Shown: positions 37,532-50,849 of the stretch, one piece after another | Layout of the letters: every line of letters starts with the position of its first letter | Position numbering within the stretch: the first letter of the stretch is position 1 | From: the human T2T-CHM13v2.0 reference genome, Homo sapiens | Strand: one strand, 5' to 3' | Assembly: GCF_009914755.1 (NCBI RefSeq) | Contig: NC_060925.1 | Length of the DNA: 64,000 bases | Made by a program: the position numbers and the translations under genes | Notes under the pieces: generated by a model | The model's input: only the letters and a program-made list of their open reading frames with translations | Database searches by the model: none | Told to the model about the DNA's origin: nothing

Positions 37532-40500
37532 CAACTTCATCATAGTGAATTATCTTTTTGATATGTTGTTGGATTTGGCTAGCAAGTATTTTGTTAAGGA
37601 TTTTAGTATCTATGTTCATCAGGGATATTGGTCTGTTGTTTTCTTTTTTGGTTATGTCCTTTCCTGGTTTTGGTATTAGGGTGATGCTGGCTTCATAGAA
37701 TGAATTAAGGAGGTTTCCCTTTCTCTATCTTGTGAAATACTATCAATAGGATTGGTACCAATCCTTCTTTGAATGTCTGGTATAATTCTGCTGTGAATCT
37801 GTCTGATCCTGGACTTATTTTGTTGGTAATTTTAAAACTATCATTTCAATCTCACTGCTTTTTATTGGTCTGTTTAGGGTATGTAATTCTTCCTGATTTA
37901 AGCTAGGAGGGTTGTATTTTTCTAGGAATGTATCTATCTTTTCCAGGTTTTCAAGTTTATGTGCATAAAGTTGTTCGTAGTAGCCTTGAATGATCTTTCG
38001 TATTTCTGTGGTGTCAGTTGTAACATTTCCCATTTTGTTTCTTATTGAGGTTATTTGGATTTTCTCTCTTCTTTTCTTGGTTAATCTTGTTAATGGTCTA
38101 TCAATTCTATTTATCTTTTCAAAGAACCAGCTTTTTGTTTCATTTATCCTTTGAATTTTTTTATTGTTTCAATTTTATTTAGTTCTGTTCTGATCTTGGT
38201 TATTTCTGTTCTTCTGCTGGGTTTGGGTTTGTTTTGTTCTTGTTTCTCTAGTTCCTTGAGGTGTGACCTTAGGATGTCAGTTTGTGCTCTTTTGGTCATT
38301 TTAATGTAGGTGTTTAGGGCTGTGAACTTTCCTCTTAGCACTGCCTTTGCTGTATCCCGGAGGTTTTGATAGATTGTATCACCATTGTCGTTCAGTCTGA
38401 AGAATTTTTTAATTTCCATCTTGATTTTGTTTTTGGCCCAATGATCATTTAGGAGCAGGTTATTTAATTTCCATGTTTTTGCATGGTTTTGAGGTCCTTT
38501 TTGGAGTTGATTTCCAGTTTTATTCCATTGGGGTCAGAGAGAGTGCTTGATATAATTTTGATTTTCTTAAATTTATAGAGTCTCATTTTGTGGCCTATCA
38601 TATGGTCTATCTTGGAGAAGCATCCATGCACTGTTGAATAGAACATGTATTCTTCAGTTATTAGATGGAATGTTCTTTATATATCTGTTAAGTCCATTTA
38701 TTCCAAGGTGTAGTTTAAATCCATTGTTTCTTTGTTGACTTTCTGTCTTGATGACCTGTCTAGTGCTGTCAGTGGAGTATTGGAGTCCCCCACTATTATT
38801 GTATTGCTGTGTATCTCATTTCATAGCAGAAATTGTTCTATAAATTTGGGAGCTCCAGTGTTAGGTGTATATATGTTTAAGACTGTGATATTTTCCTGTT
38901 GGACAAGGCCTTTTACCATTATATAATGTCCTCTTTGTCTTTTCTAACTGCTGTTTCTTTAAAGTTTGTTTTGTTTGATATAAGAATAGCTACCCAAGCT
39001 TACTTTTGGTGTCCATTTGCATGAAATACCTTTTCCCACCCATTTACTTTAAGTTTATGTGAGTCCTAATGAGTTAGGTGAGTCTCTTGAAGGCAGCAGA
39101 TAGTTGGTCAATTTTTATTCATTCTGCTGTTCTGTATCTTTTAAGTGAAGCATTTAGGCCATTTACATTGAATGTTAGTATTGAGATGTGAAGTACCACT
39201 CCATTCGTTGTGCTATTTGTTGCCTGCATACTTTGGGGTTTTTTGTTTGTTTGTTTGTTTTTGATTTTTAAATTGTATTTTGGTTTTATAGGTTCTGTGA
39301 GCTTTATGCTTTAAAGAGGTTCTGTTTTGATGTGTCCAGCATTTGTTTCAAGATTTAGAGCTCCTTTTAACAGTTCTTGTACTGGTGGCTTGGTAGTGGC
39401 AAATTCTTACAGCATTTGTTTGTCTGAAAAGGACTGTATCTTTCCTTCATATATGATGCCTAGTTTTTCTGGATACAAAATTCTTGGCTGATAATTGTTT
39501 TGTTTGAGGAGGCTGAAGATAGGGCCCCAATCCCTTCTAACTTATACGGTTTCTGCTGAGAAATCTGCTGTTAATCTGACAGGTTTTTCTTTATAGGTTA
39601 CCTGGTGCTTTTGTCTCACAGCTCTTAAAATCATTTTCTTTGTCTTAACTTTAGATAACCTGATGACAATATGCCTAGGTGATAATCTTTTTATTTTTAT
39701 TGTACTTTAAGTTTTAGGGTACATGTGCACATTGTGCAGGTTAGTGACATATGTATACATGTGCCATGCTGGTGCGCTGCACCCACTAACTCGTCATCTA
39801 GCATTAGGTATATCTCCCAATGCTATCCCTCCCCCCTCCCCCCACCCCACAACAGTCCCCAGACTGTGATATTCCCCTTCCTGTGTCCATGTGATCTCAT
39901 TGTTCAAATCCCACCTATGAGTGAGAATATGCGGTGTTTGGTTTTTTGTTCTTGCGATAGTTTACTGAGAATGATGATTTCCAATTTCATCCATGTCCCT
40001 ACAAAGGACATGAAATCATCATTTTTTATGGCTGCATAGTATTCCATGGTGTATATGTGCCACATTTTCTTAATCCAATCTATCATTGTTGGACATTTGG
40101 GTTGGTTCCAAGTGTTTGCTATCGTGAATAATGCCGCAATAAACATACGTGTGCATGTGTCTTTATAGCAGCATGATTTATAGTCCTTTGGGTATATACC
40201 CAGTAATGGGATGGCTGGGTCAAATGGTATTTCTAGTTCTAGATCCCTGAGGAATCGCCACACTGACTTCCACAATGGTTGAACTAGTTTACAGTCCCAC
40301 CAACAGTGTAAAAGTGTTCCTATTTCTCCACATCCTCTCCAGCACCTGTTGTTTCCTGACTTTTTAATGATTGCCATTCTAACTGGTGTGAGATAGTATC
40401 TCATTGTGGTTTTGATTTGCATTTCTCTGATGGCCAGTGATGATGAGCATTTTTTCATGTGTTTTTTGGCTGCATAAATGTCTTCTCCTAGGTGATAATC

Positions 40501-41042
40501 TTTTTGCAACGAATTTCCCAGGTTTTCTTTGTGCTTCTTGTATTTGGATGTCTAGGTCTCTAGCAAGGCCAGAAAGTTTTCCTTGATTATTCCCCCAAAT
40601 ATATTTTCCAAACTTCTAGATTTCTCTTCTTCCTCAGGAACACCAATTATTCTTAGGTTTGGTCATTTAACAGAATCACAGACTTCTTGGCGGCTTTGTT
40701 CATATTTTCTTATTCTTTTTTCTTTGTCTTTGTTGGATTGGGTTAATTTGAAGATCTCGTCTTCAAGCTCTGAATTCCTTTCTTCTACTTGTTCAATTCT
40801 ATTGCTGAGATTTTCTGGAGCATTTTGCATTTCTATAAGTGTATCCAATGTTTCCTGAAGTTTTGATTGTTTTTTTCTTTAAGCTATCTATTTCCTTGAA
40901 TATTTCTCCCTTCACTTCCTGTATTGTTTTTTGGATTTCCTTGCATTGGGCTTTGCCTTTCTCTGGTGCCTCCCTGATTAGCTTGATAACTAAACTTCTG
41001 AATTCTTTTTCAGGTAAATCAGGGATTTCTTCTTGGTTTGGA
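37532..41042 (-). mobile_element. Older primate L1 (L1PB-like) internal fragment: ORF1 plus ORF2 endonuclease region
   Basis: ORF1-like NQEEIPDLPEKEFRSLVIKLI; ORF2-like [38 protein letters not shown]; no 5' UTR, 3' UTR or polyA. Confidence 0.9.
39693..40486 (-). mobile_element. Young 5'-truncated L1 (L1PA2-like) nested in the older L1
   Basis: Open ORF2 C-terminus ([18 protein letters not shown]); 3' UTR gctagatgacGAGttagtgggtgcagcgc (non-Ta); 19-bp TSD cctaggtgataatcttttt at 39674-39692 and 40487-40505. Confidence 0.95.
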
Positions 41043-41216
41043 GAGTTCTTTTTCATAGTTCTTATTAAAAAGTCTCCTGAACATTAAAAAACTCCTAGAA
41101 ATATATGTGTTTTGAAAATACTAACGCACAAAAAAAGAAAGGCAACTAACATATACTCCTGGGGAGTTGAAGTACCAGACTACTGGCCCATTTTCATAAG
41201 AATATTTATCAGGTGC

Positions 41217-41648
41217 TGTATTCCAGAGTAACAGAAGCAATAGTCTATATATAGATACATAAGAGAGATTTGTCATGGAAATTGGTTCCCACCACTATGG
41301 AAATCAAGAAGTCCTCCCATCTGCCATCCACAAGCTGGAGGACCAGGAAAGCTGATGGTGTAATTCAGTCCAAGTTCAAAGACTTGAGAACCAGGAGCTC
41401 TGATGTCCAAGGACATGAAAAGATGGATATCTCAGCTCATGAAGACAGAGAATTTACCCTGCCTCTGCCTTTTTGTTCTATTCAGGCCCTCAACAGATTG
41501 GGTAATGCCTGACCACATGGTGAGGGCTGATCTTTACTCAGTTTACTGATTCAAATGCTCATCTCTTCTGGAAACACCCTCATGAACACACCCAGAAATA
41601 GTGTTTTAGCAGCTATCTAGCCAAGTTGATACATAAAATTAACCATGA
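41217..41648 (-). mobile_element. MLT2 solo LTR
   Basis: ccagagtaacagaagcaatag...caagctggaggaccaggaaagc...ttgatacataaaattaaccat. Confidence 0.8.
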
Positions 41649-42955
41649 TAGCTACTTTTCATGAAATATGGATTTTAAATCTTAAATAATCTGTAATGTC
41701 AGCATTGTTGTTATTTTTCCCATTTTATTAATGAGAATATTAAGACTCACTGAGGTCAAATATCTTTCCCAAAATCAAAGATCTAAAACTTGTACATTAT
41801 GGAATTCATCCCTTGTACAAAGTCTGGGTTTTTGTATTTATGAAGTTGCTTTTTTAGTTGAATTAAAAAGAGTACAGCCTTTTTACAAATTAAAAAGGAA
41901 AAAAAAAACCCACCAAGAATAACTATGCACTCGCAGTTTCTGACAACACTAGTTTAAATATATTTATTGATTCAGAATATTGAGAAATGCAAGTCAAATG
42001 AGGTATATGTGAAAATAATCCTTCATCAATTTTGAGAATATATTCTTATAAAGAGGAAAAAGCCACCTTTTCCAAAATTTAATTGCTTCCTTTAAGTCAT
42101 ACTGGATTTTTATTCTTTAGCTTTCTCTATTCACTTGCCAAAATGTTATTAGATTGGTTATCATTCAAACAAATAAATAAGCTTATGTCTTTCTATTAAC
42201 TTGCCAACATGTAAAAAGGCTAGGAGATTGATTTGCTCCAGGAATTAATTTAAAGGAAATTTTTCTAGATCTAGTGTAACTTTTATTTTTTTAGTCTCTC
42301 TGTCAAGCCAATCACCTCAGTTTTGTTTTCCTGACCTTGAAATTCCCCCTGCCCCAGTCAGCTTTGGTGACATGAACTAGATATAGTTCTACTAGGTATT
42401 TGTTTTAGCAAAAATGTTCTTGATGTAAAGGCAAAGCAGAAGATATAATCACAAAAAATTGCTCAACTATCGTTGGACTTTGCTTTCTATAGCATTTAGA
42501 AAAACAGAACAAACACAGAAAAGTCAAAAGTAAAGTCTCACAGTGTAAGTGTGATTGTTCAAAAAGCAATAGTAAATATATACATTTCAGAGGTATATAT
42601 GGACAAAGAGAGAGAGAAAGATAGAGAAAAGATAGAGAAAAGGTGGGGAGGGAAGAAGGAAGAGACAGAGAGAATGAGAGAGAGAGAGAAAGAGATATGG
42701 GTCAAGAAGAAAATGAAGAACTATGTCCTAGAAGCTGAATGTTATTTCTTTATTTGTAGAAGTGCCCACTACCTTTATTTCTAATTTATGTGCTGGGACA
42801 CTATAGCATAAAACTTTGCATGTGCTTGCAAATAGACTACTTCAGCAACATAATGTCACATAGGTATCTCATTTCATTTGTGAGTATAAAAAAATTGATT
42901 CATTGCAGCAGTACCACAGATGTTAGAAGACTGCACAAAAAAATGGCTTCTTTCT

Positions 42956-43350
<395 letters not shown>

Positions 43351-44079
43351 TCAGCAGGCATTTGTTTATTATTGTGATTTAAAATGTCTGGCATTGCAGA
43401 AAAAATAAGTGACTTGTGAAAAGTGTAATAATAATAACAATTCACTGGGAACTTACTATGTGCTGGAATTTTACAAACACTGTCCTTAAATACAAGAATT
43501 CCACAATGAAGGAGTTATTTTAGTTAGAGAATTTAAGCCATTTTTCAACGTCTTTATAATGAGTAAGTTCCTAAGGGAGGATATGAGGTTCTTTTGTTTG
43601 GCTTAACAGACTTTGCTTCTGTGCCCCCTACATTGAGCTGCTGCACCTAAAATAAAATAGTATCAATATAAAATCATATACATATCTAATCTTGTGTATA
43701 TAAAATAAAATCTGTATGTTTAAACCGTATCCAGATCTGTATCTATACATACACTTTCTCATACCCCTACCTATACCTATTCATATACTATCTCTTTCTC
43801 TCTGTCTATATCTTTATCTGTGAATTAATTATATTTTAACATATAAAATAATTTTAAAATGAAGGCATAATATGAACAAGTAAAGTACACTCTGAACTGA
43901 GTAGAAGGTGAAACTGGTCAAGAAGGAAAACGATTAAGAGTGCATTCGTTTAAACTTTATGCAGAGGTACTTATGAGTGCCTGTAAACTGTCAGATTATT
44001 TAAGAGTTTAGAAATAAGCAAAATGGGACAGAATTTACCAGATGTGTAACAGGCCGGTCTGACAACACAGAATATAATT

Positions 44080-44305
44080 CGGACAAATTTAGTAATCTAA
44101 TGTACAACATGAGGACTAAAGTTAATAAAATTGTATGAGGAACTGTACAATAGACTTTAGCTGCTCTTGTCACAAACAAGTAACTATGTAAAATGATAGG
44201 CACGTGAATCTGCTTCACTATAATAACCATTTTACTATCTCTATATATCCTATAACATCATGTTGTAAACCTAAATATGCACAATAAAGTTAATCTTTTA
44301 AAAAA
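44080..44305 (+). mobile_element. L1MA-type 3' end
   Basis: tgtacaacatgaggactaaagttaataa...tagctgctcttg...aacatcatgttgtaaacc...aataaa. Confidence 0.7.
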
Positions 44306-44839
44306 GAGCTCAGTAAGGTTAGGTTAGGAATTTCTCACTATTCTGCATTATGTGCAGGGTAGAGAGATGGAGATCCTAGTATTTTTAAATGAGTTCACAT
44401 GTACTAATTCAACAGAATTATACTGGGGTCGGGGAGTCTTGAGAGTAGTCAAAAATGAGATTGCTGAGCAATTTTCAGTGGTTTTATCATTAAGAAATTC
44501 TGGAGAATGGGAATTGGCAAACTGGAGATAAGCAAGTATCATTTTGAGTTTTGAAAAAAGGAAGAAATATTTTGCAAAGTAGAGACTGACAAGCTTTATT
44601 TACCTCTTGCAAGACTAGAATGAACTAGAGGAGTGTGGTTTCACACCTGTATAAGAGGAAATGCTGGTCGTTAGGTCCCAGAATAGACTCACTGAGATCA
44701 AAGCGTAAGAGAATAATGCATTTCATTTTGGAATGGCATTGAGTTTCTGGTAAAACAGACCAATGAGGTGACATTTCATTCACTGAGTTGCCTGATTATT
44801 TTACATCTGCCCTGTCTGCAGATCTGCAATATCTATCCC

Positions 44840-45372
44840 ACCCCATTCCTAACTCTTTCTTGATGACCATGTATATATATTTTTTTCACTGAGAAAATAA
44901 AAGCTATCAGAGGGCACTTTTGTGTGTTTCCACCACCTGAACATGTCTGCCTTTCCTCCTGTCCTGGAGGTGAAGTGTCCTGCTGCAGTGTAAGGCCAGC
45001 CCCTGTCCTGTGCTCCCATGCCCTTTAGTTTATTCAAAGCCATCACACCAGTGAGTATCACGTCTTTCTCCTATGATAAAAACTTCTTTTCTGTTGGATC
45101 ATATCCATCAACACACAGATATGTTATAGTATTTTCCACCTTTAAAAACAGATAAAACCCCAAAACAAACAAATGAAACCAAAACTTAACAAATAAAACC
45201 TTCCTTTATTTTTCAATCTACTTCCAATGATTACTTCGTTTCTCTGATTCCCTTTTGTTGAACACTCCTTGAGTTACTTGTATTTTCTGACTCTCATTCC
45301 CCTCTTTATGTTTTTCCTTAAACCCACTTGTTTCAAGTTTCATTAGCTTCAGTCCAATGAAACTGCTCTTGA
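44840..45372. mobile_element. L2 fragment
   Basis: aaaatagaagc-like motif, ctgttggatcatatccatca, ccaatgaaactgctctt. Confidence 0.55.
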
Positions 45373-48300
45373 AAGAGGTTTTGACCTAATTCACCTGGGG
45401 TGGGCCCTGGGCCTTGTTATTTTTTATAAGCTGTCCAACTGATTATAAAGTGTGACCAAGCTGAGAACGGCCCTAAACCTTCCAAGTAAGGATGAAGTCC
45501 CTCAGTGTGCTTACTCCCTCAAAGAGCTGGATGCACACCTCTGAGACCTTACCTAGACATCTAGTTACCTAGATCATCATGTACCAAAAAAGACTGATTC
45601 ATGAATTTTCTGAAACATAGCTATTGCATAAGACCAGGTACATATTTATTTTCTTTTGTTGGTGCTTGAGTGCATTTATCAACTAATAATCAGAAAGAAT
45701 ATGGGACATAAGAAAATCATTATAACAACTTTATTTTGTCTTGTGTGAAGCATCTTCTCCCAAGCAATTTAAAATAGTTTACATCTTTGTAGGACAATTC
45801 TCGAAATGTTGTATTCTTGAATTGAAATATATGCCCAGGCTGCTAAAAATTCATAGGTGATCTTAAGCTGTGGTTTCTCTTGCTTGTGTGCACAAAAACC
45901 TTTGAGGAGTTAAGTGTTATGTGTTGAAAATGTTAATAGTAGGTGAATTTTCTATCCATCAATCTCTGGGTTTGTCATCTACTTCTACAGTGCTTATCAC
46001 CCTATCATCTATTTGCTACATATTTTCTCAAGATATGCAGTTTATACTTTTCTCCATACTTATGGCACATAATGATTTTTGATGTTTATTTGTTCCTATT
46101 TCTCTTTTGAGGGAGAGTAAGATAATATCAGTGCACAGTAATGGAAAGAATGAGAGAAAGAGTTGACTTTTCAACATTCCATAAAAACTTTGAAGATCAA
46201 ATCAGCAGTTGAATAATCTGAGCACTACTGGCAATCACAGGAGTGAGAAGAGATCAGAAGTGATACGAAACTGAGCTTTCAGTCCTAAGTTGGCCAGTAA
46301 TCAGCCATACGACCTTGAATGAACCTCTAACTGTTCCAGGCCTCAATTCCTTCAACTCTAAAGGAGTCTAACTTTTGTTGCTCCAAAATGTTTGGGATTG
46401 TATAACGCTTTTTATAGTGATACCTGTGAAAACTGTAATCTATCCTTGAATAAGGATTTTATTCTTTAATAAAAAATGAGAATAATGAACGTCATAATAG
46501 CTGTGAATAAACCCTGTTTTAGTGAGTGCTAAAATAAATTAATTTGGTAATTTTTCTTTATGAAAATTGCCAGAGAAATTAGATCTGTCTTTGAGCACAA
46601 ACATGAGAGTCAAAAGAACAGTAAATGCAATTTCAGTTTCATTCATCTCCTTTCAGAGACTGGAGACAAACTTGGACCTCTTCCAAAAGACCAAAGTAAA
46701 CACAGAGGAAATTTTGGAAGATTGAATCAGAGCCAGAATAAACTAGGATTTCTAATGTTTAGGACGAATATTGCAAAGGGATCAGAAAATGGTTCAAGGA
46801 GAAACATTTAGATCTGAAAACCAGGCCAAGTTGCTTTAATTAATAATTTTCAGAATTAGGAAATTAAGTTGTATCAATATCAATCTGTGTGAGTGACTAC
46901 TAAGGATATACAGAAAGGACATTCTGACTAATAAACTTTTTCCCCCTATAGCATCGTTGCCTATTTCAACTAAATGAATAAAAAATTCAAATTAACTCCA
47001 TGTAACTGCTTAGTATATGAATGTAAAGATTGAATTTAAAACAACTTTATCATTGTTTTGGTTTTGTCTTTGAGTATAAGTGAAATAGAAACAATTGTAC
47101 TTTTAATAGAATTTCAGAAAAGATCATAAGTTGTAGCAAAGGCACTCAAAGCATTTAAAAAGAAATAATGACCAATGAGGTCAACATACCATTAAAATAG
47201 GTCTTACTGTCTGGTGTTTCATTGGCCCAACAGTAAAAAAGAAAAAAGGATCAGTGATATTCTCCATGCTATAGTGGAGTTCTGAAAGAGCCAGCCTTCA
47301 CTCTTAGAAAAGTGAGTCTTATTATTCAGGTTAGCTTTATTACTTGTTTCTGGACAGATTTACTTAGAGTCATTTCACATTCCCAACAATGAGTCTTCTA
47401 CCTTGTAAAGTCTGATCAATTGACTAATGATACAATATTATGTAAAGAATGAGTGAGTTGTTACAAATTTTAGGGAACTGCAGATGGATGGAATACTGCA
47501 CTTGGATATCTCACCTGATACTAATGTGATTAATAAAAATTATTTTTTCTCTTGATTTTAAGAAAAATGATAGAAACTCTTGGATGAATAAGATCCTAAA
47601 CAGCAATAGAAAACACCTCTGATTTTAATGCTTTAGAATGTTTGGGGGATTCTGTAGGGACTCTAGCACCAATGAATAGCACAATGTGATTTGAATTCTG
47701 GAGTTACTGATAAGGAACAGAACTGCTTTCAAATCTGTCTACTATTCATCTAGAGCGACACTAATCAGATAACTGAAGGGGTGAAAATTTATAAGATATT
47801 AGAGCTGTCATCTAAAAAAGTTATTTAATATAAGGTTTTAGCTAGATATTTATTTATAATTATTTATAGTAACTGTGGTAAGATATTTCACAAAAGAGTT
47901 ACCCTTTAGTGGAATGTGTTCTATTTTACAGAAGTAAATATAAACCCCATTCATTTATTCAATAAATATTTACTGAGTGCCTACGATGGCATGGTGCTTT
48001 GCTAGGTGATGAGAATTTTTCTTCCTTTTCTATTCTCACTTTTGCTAAGTATAAAACTTATACTTTACTTTTCATTACTCTCCATTAAATGCTTTTGATT
48101 TTATGTTAGGATAAAAATGGAACACATGAGGAGATTTTTTCAAGACACATTTTAATTTTTTTAACTTGTACTTTGAACAATGTATTGGATCATCAGTTTT
48201 GTTTGGGGTTCCCTAGAATTCCGGCAGACTCACCCGGTCCACTGTCTTCATAGGCAGCATTGCTCATGGGGACACGGAAGTGTCAGGGTTCTGCAAGCAT

Positions 48301-49115
48301 CACTTGGAAGTGACTTTCCTCTTCCATAGTAACATTAGAACTCATATCATGTACTAAGTAACGATAGTCATTAGCAACTGAAAAACAAAATGGGGAGGAC
48401 AGAAAGTATTTGGAGCAAAGCAATTGTTCACGAATTTGTTTGCCTCATATAGTTGTACCTGTACAATTGTGAGTGCTGACATTTTGGAATCACATAACTA
48501 GAAACTTGGCCCTAAGAAAAATACAAAACTCCATGGCTGGATAGGGCCATGGCAAATCCACTCCAATATTTGATCTCTTTTAGTAGGTGAAAATATACAG
48601 TTAAAGGTGCTTCAAACCACAAGGCATTGAAATTTATAGTAACACATATCTGTGTTTGAACTCCGGTTTTACCACTTGGCAGTTGTGGGACCTTGGACAA
48701 GTTACTTAACCTCTGTAAACCAAGAAAATAGTGGTAAAAGGGGTAGGATAATCTCAACTTCATAAAATTATTGAGGATTAAATGGAATGCTGATTAACAA
48801 AGTGTTTATCATGGGCTTCATCTGTGGCCTTAAAATGTATTGATCGAATTCCATCTTCATAGGTATGTATTCATGAATATGACTACCAAATATTTATTTA
48901 GCACCTTTATATACTAGAGTCTTTGTCATGTGTTGGAGGTATAAAGTTGAGCACCTTCTGGTGGGAGGGAGAAGAGATAATCAATAGTTATGAAAGAATG
49001 TACATATACAGGAGTTATACTGAGCTTCACTCACTGCATGCATATTTCATGTAGTGGGAAGTTTCCTTTATGGGAAGGAAAGTATTTTCTGTTATTAAAA
49101 AAAAATACTTCTTGG

Positions 49116-49413
<298 letters not shown>

Positions 49414-49489
49414 AGAAACCCAAAAAACTTCTTCTGGTAAAGCCATGGAAATCTTTGTTTTACATTATAATATCTACAAAGATGATAGC

Positions 49490-50160
49490 AGAGAGATTAA
49501 AAACAGAGCTCTGAAATTAGACTGCCTGGGGTTCAGTTTTGGCTGAATGTGATTAATAAGAATTATTTTTTTCTCTTGATTTTAAGAAAAATCACTAGCT
49601 ATGTAACCTCAGACTATCTACCTTTCTCTGTCTCTGTTTCCTCAATTGAGAAAAGGGGATAATATATTACCTGTGATATAGTTGGATATTTGTCCCTGCC
49701 CAAATCCCATGTTGAAATGTAATCCCCATTGTTGGAGATGGGGCCTGGTGGGAGGTCATTAGGTCATGAGGGCCGATCCCTCATTCATGGCTTGGTGCTG
49801 TCCTCATGATGGTGAGCAGGGACTCATGAGATCTAGTCATTTAGAAATGTGTGGTCCATACCTCTGCCATGTGAGATGCCTTCTCCCCCTTTGCCTTCTG
49901 CCATGTCTAGTAGCCTTGTGAAGCCTCACTAGAAGCCAAGGAGATGCTGGTGCCATGCTTCCTGTACAGCCTGTAGACTGTGAGCCAATGAAACCTCTTT
50001 TCTTTATAAATTATCCAGTGTCAGGAATTTCTTAATGACAGTGCAATAATGGCCTAACACAACCTGTTACTTGAGATTGTTGTCAGGTCTAAATATTAAA
50101 ATAAACATAAAATTCTTAGAGCAGTTTCTAGCACGTAATGAACATTCAGCAGGTGTTGAT
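49490..50160 (+). mobile_element. MIR split by an MST LTR and a short templated insertion
   Basis: agagctctgaaattagactgcctgggg...actagctatgtaacct...ctctgtttcctc; resumes after 50066. Confidence 0.65.
49674..50061 (+). mobile_element. MST (MSTA/B) solo LTR
   Basis: tgatatagttggatatttgtccc...ggcctaacaca with perfect 5-bp TSD acctg (49669-49673, 50062-50066). Confidence 0.9.
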
Positions 50161-50199
50161 TGTTACATGCATTATACATTACAAACTGTATATAAAGAC

Positions 50200-50226
50200 T
50201 GTGTGTGTGTGTGTGTGTGTGTGTGT
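50200..50226. repeat. (TG)n microsatellite
   Basis: Dinucleotide run. Confidence 0.9.
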
Positions 50227-50849
50227 CTGTGTGCATGCACGTGCGTGCATGTGTTAGGGCTTAGAACTACAAAGTGCTATATCAGGCAAAATAATATTAG
50301 CATTCTGTATTCCATTCATTTGTCTTTACCCGTTTTAATAATATAGCCGATAACTATGTTCAGTAATATTACGTTTAGTCGTAGGAATAATAGTGTCAGG
50401 TATAAATGGCACAATTAAAAACACTACAGAAGCTAAGTTGCTCAGAAAGTTGCAATGCAAATGTTCCTTTCTAAGAGCCTTGCAAATGCAGAGTGAGAAT
50501 AAAATGAGGATATCTTATTTTATTCCCTGTTGGGAATTTATTCACATCAAATATACTATATAATTCTGCACGTGGACAACTTCTGCTGAGACTCCCTGCC
50601 TCATCATCCAAGCCTTTCAGAGAAGAAAATTGATGTACATTGATTTCATTTTAAAGGAGTCAATACATTATAATGTAAAAGTAGAAGTGTGTCACGTGAT
50701 TCTCAGAGATATTTTGGAATATATCTGGTTTAAGAGAGCTAATATTAACAGACACTTGGGTTAAGATGAAAAATCATTGTCAAATGATATTTCTATTACA
50801 TCCAAAACTGTTTTATAATGACATTCATTCAACTTATTTCAGGACTATG

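Noticed and set aside
39904-40509. 201-aa ORF
   Set aside because: C-terminus of L1 ORF2 in a 5'-truncated copy, fused to flanking L1 sequence; not a gene.
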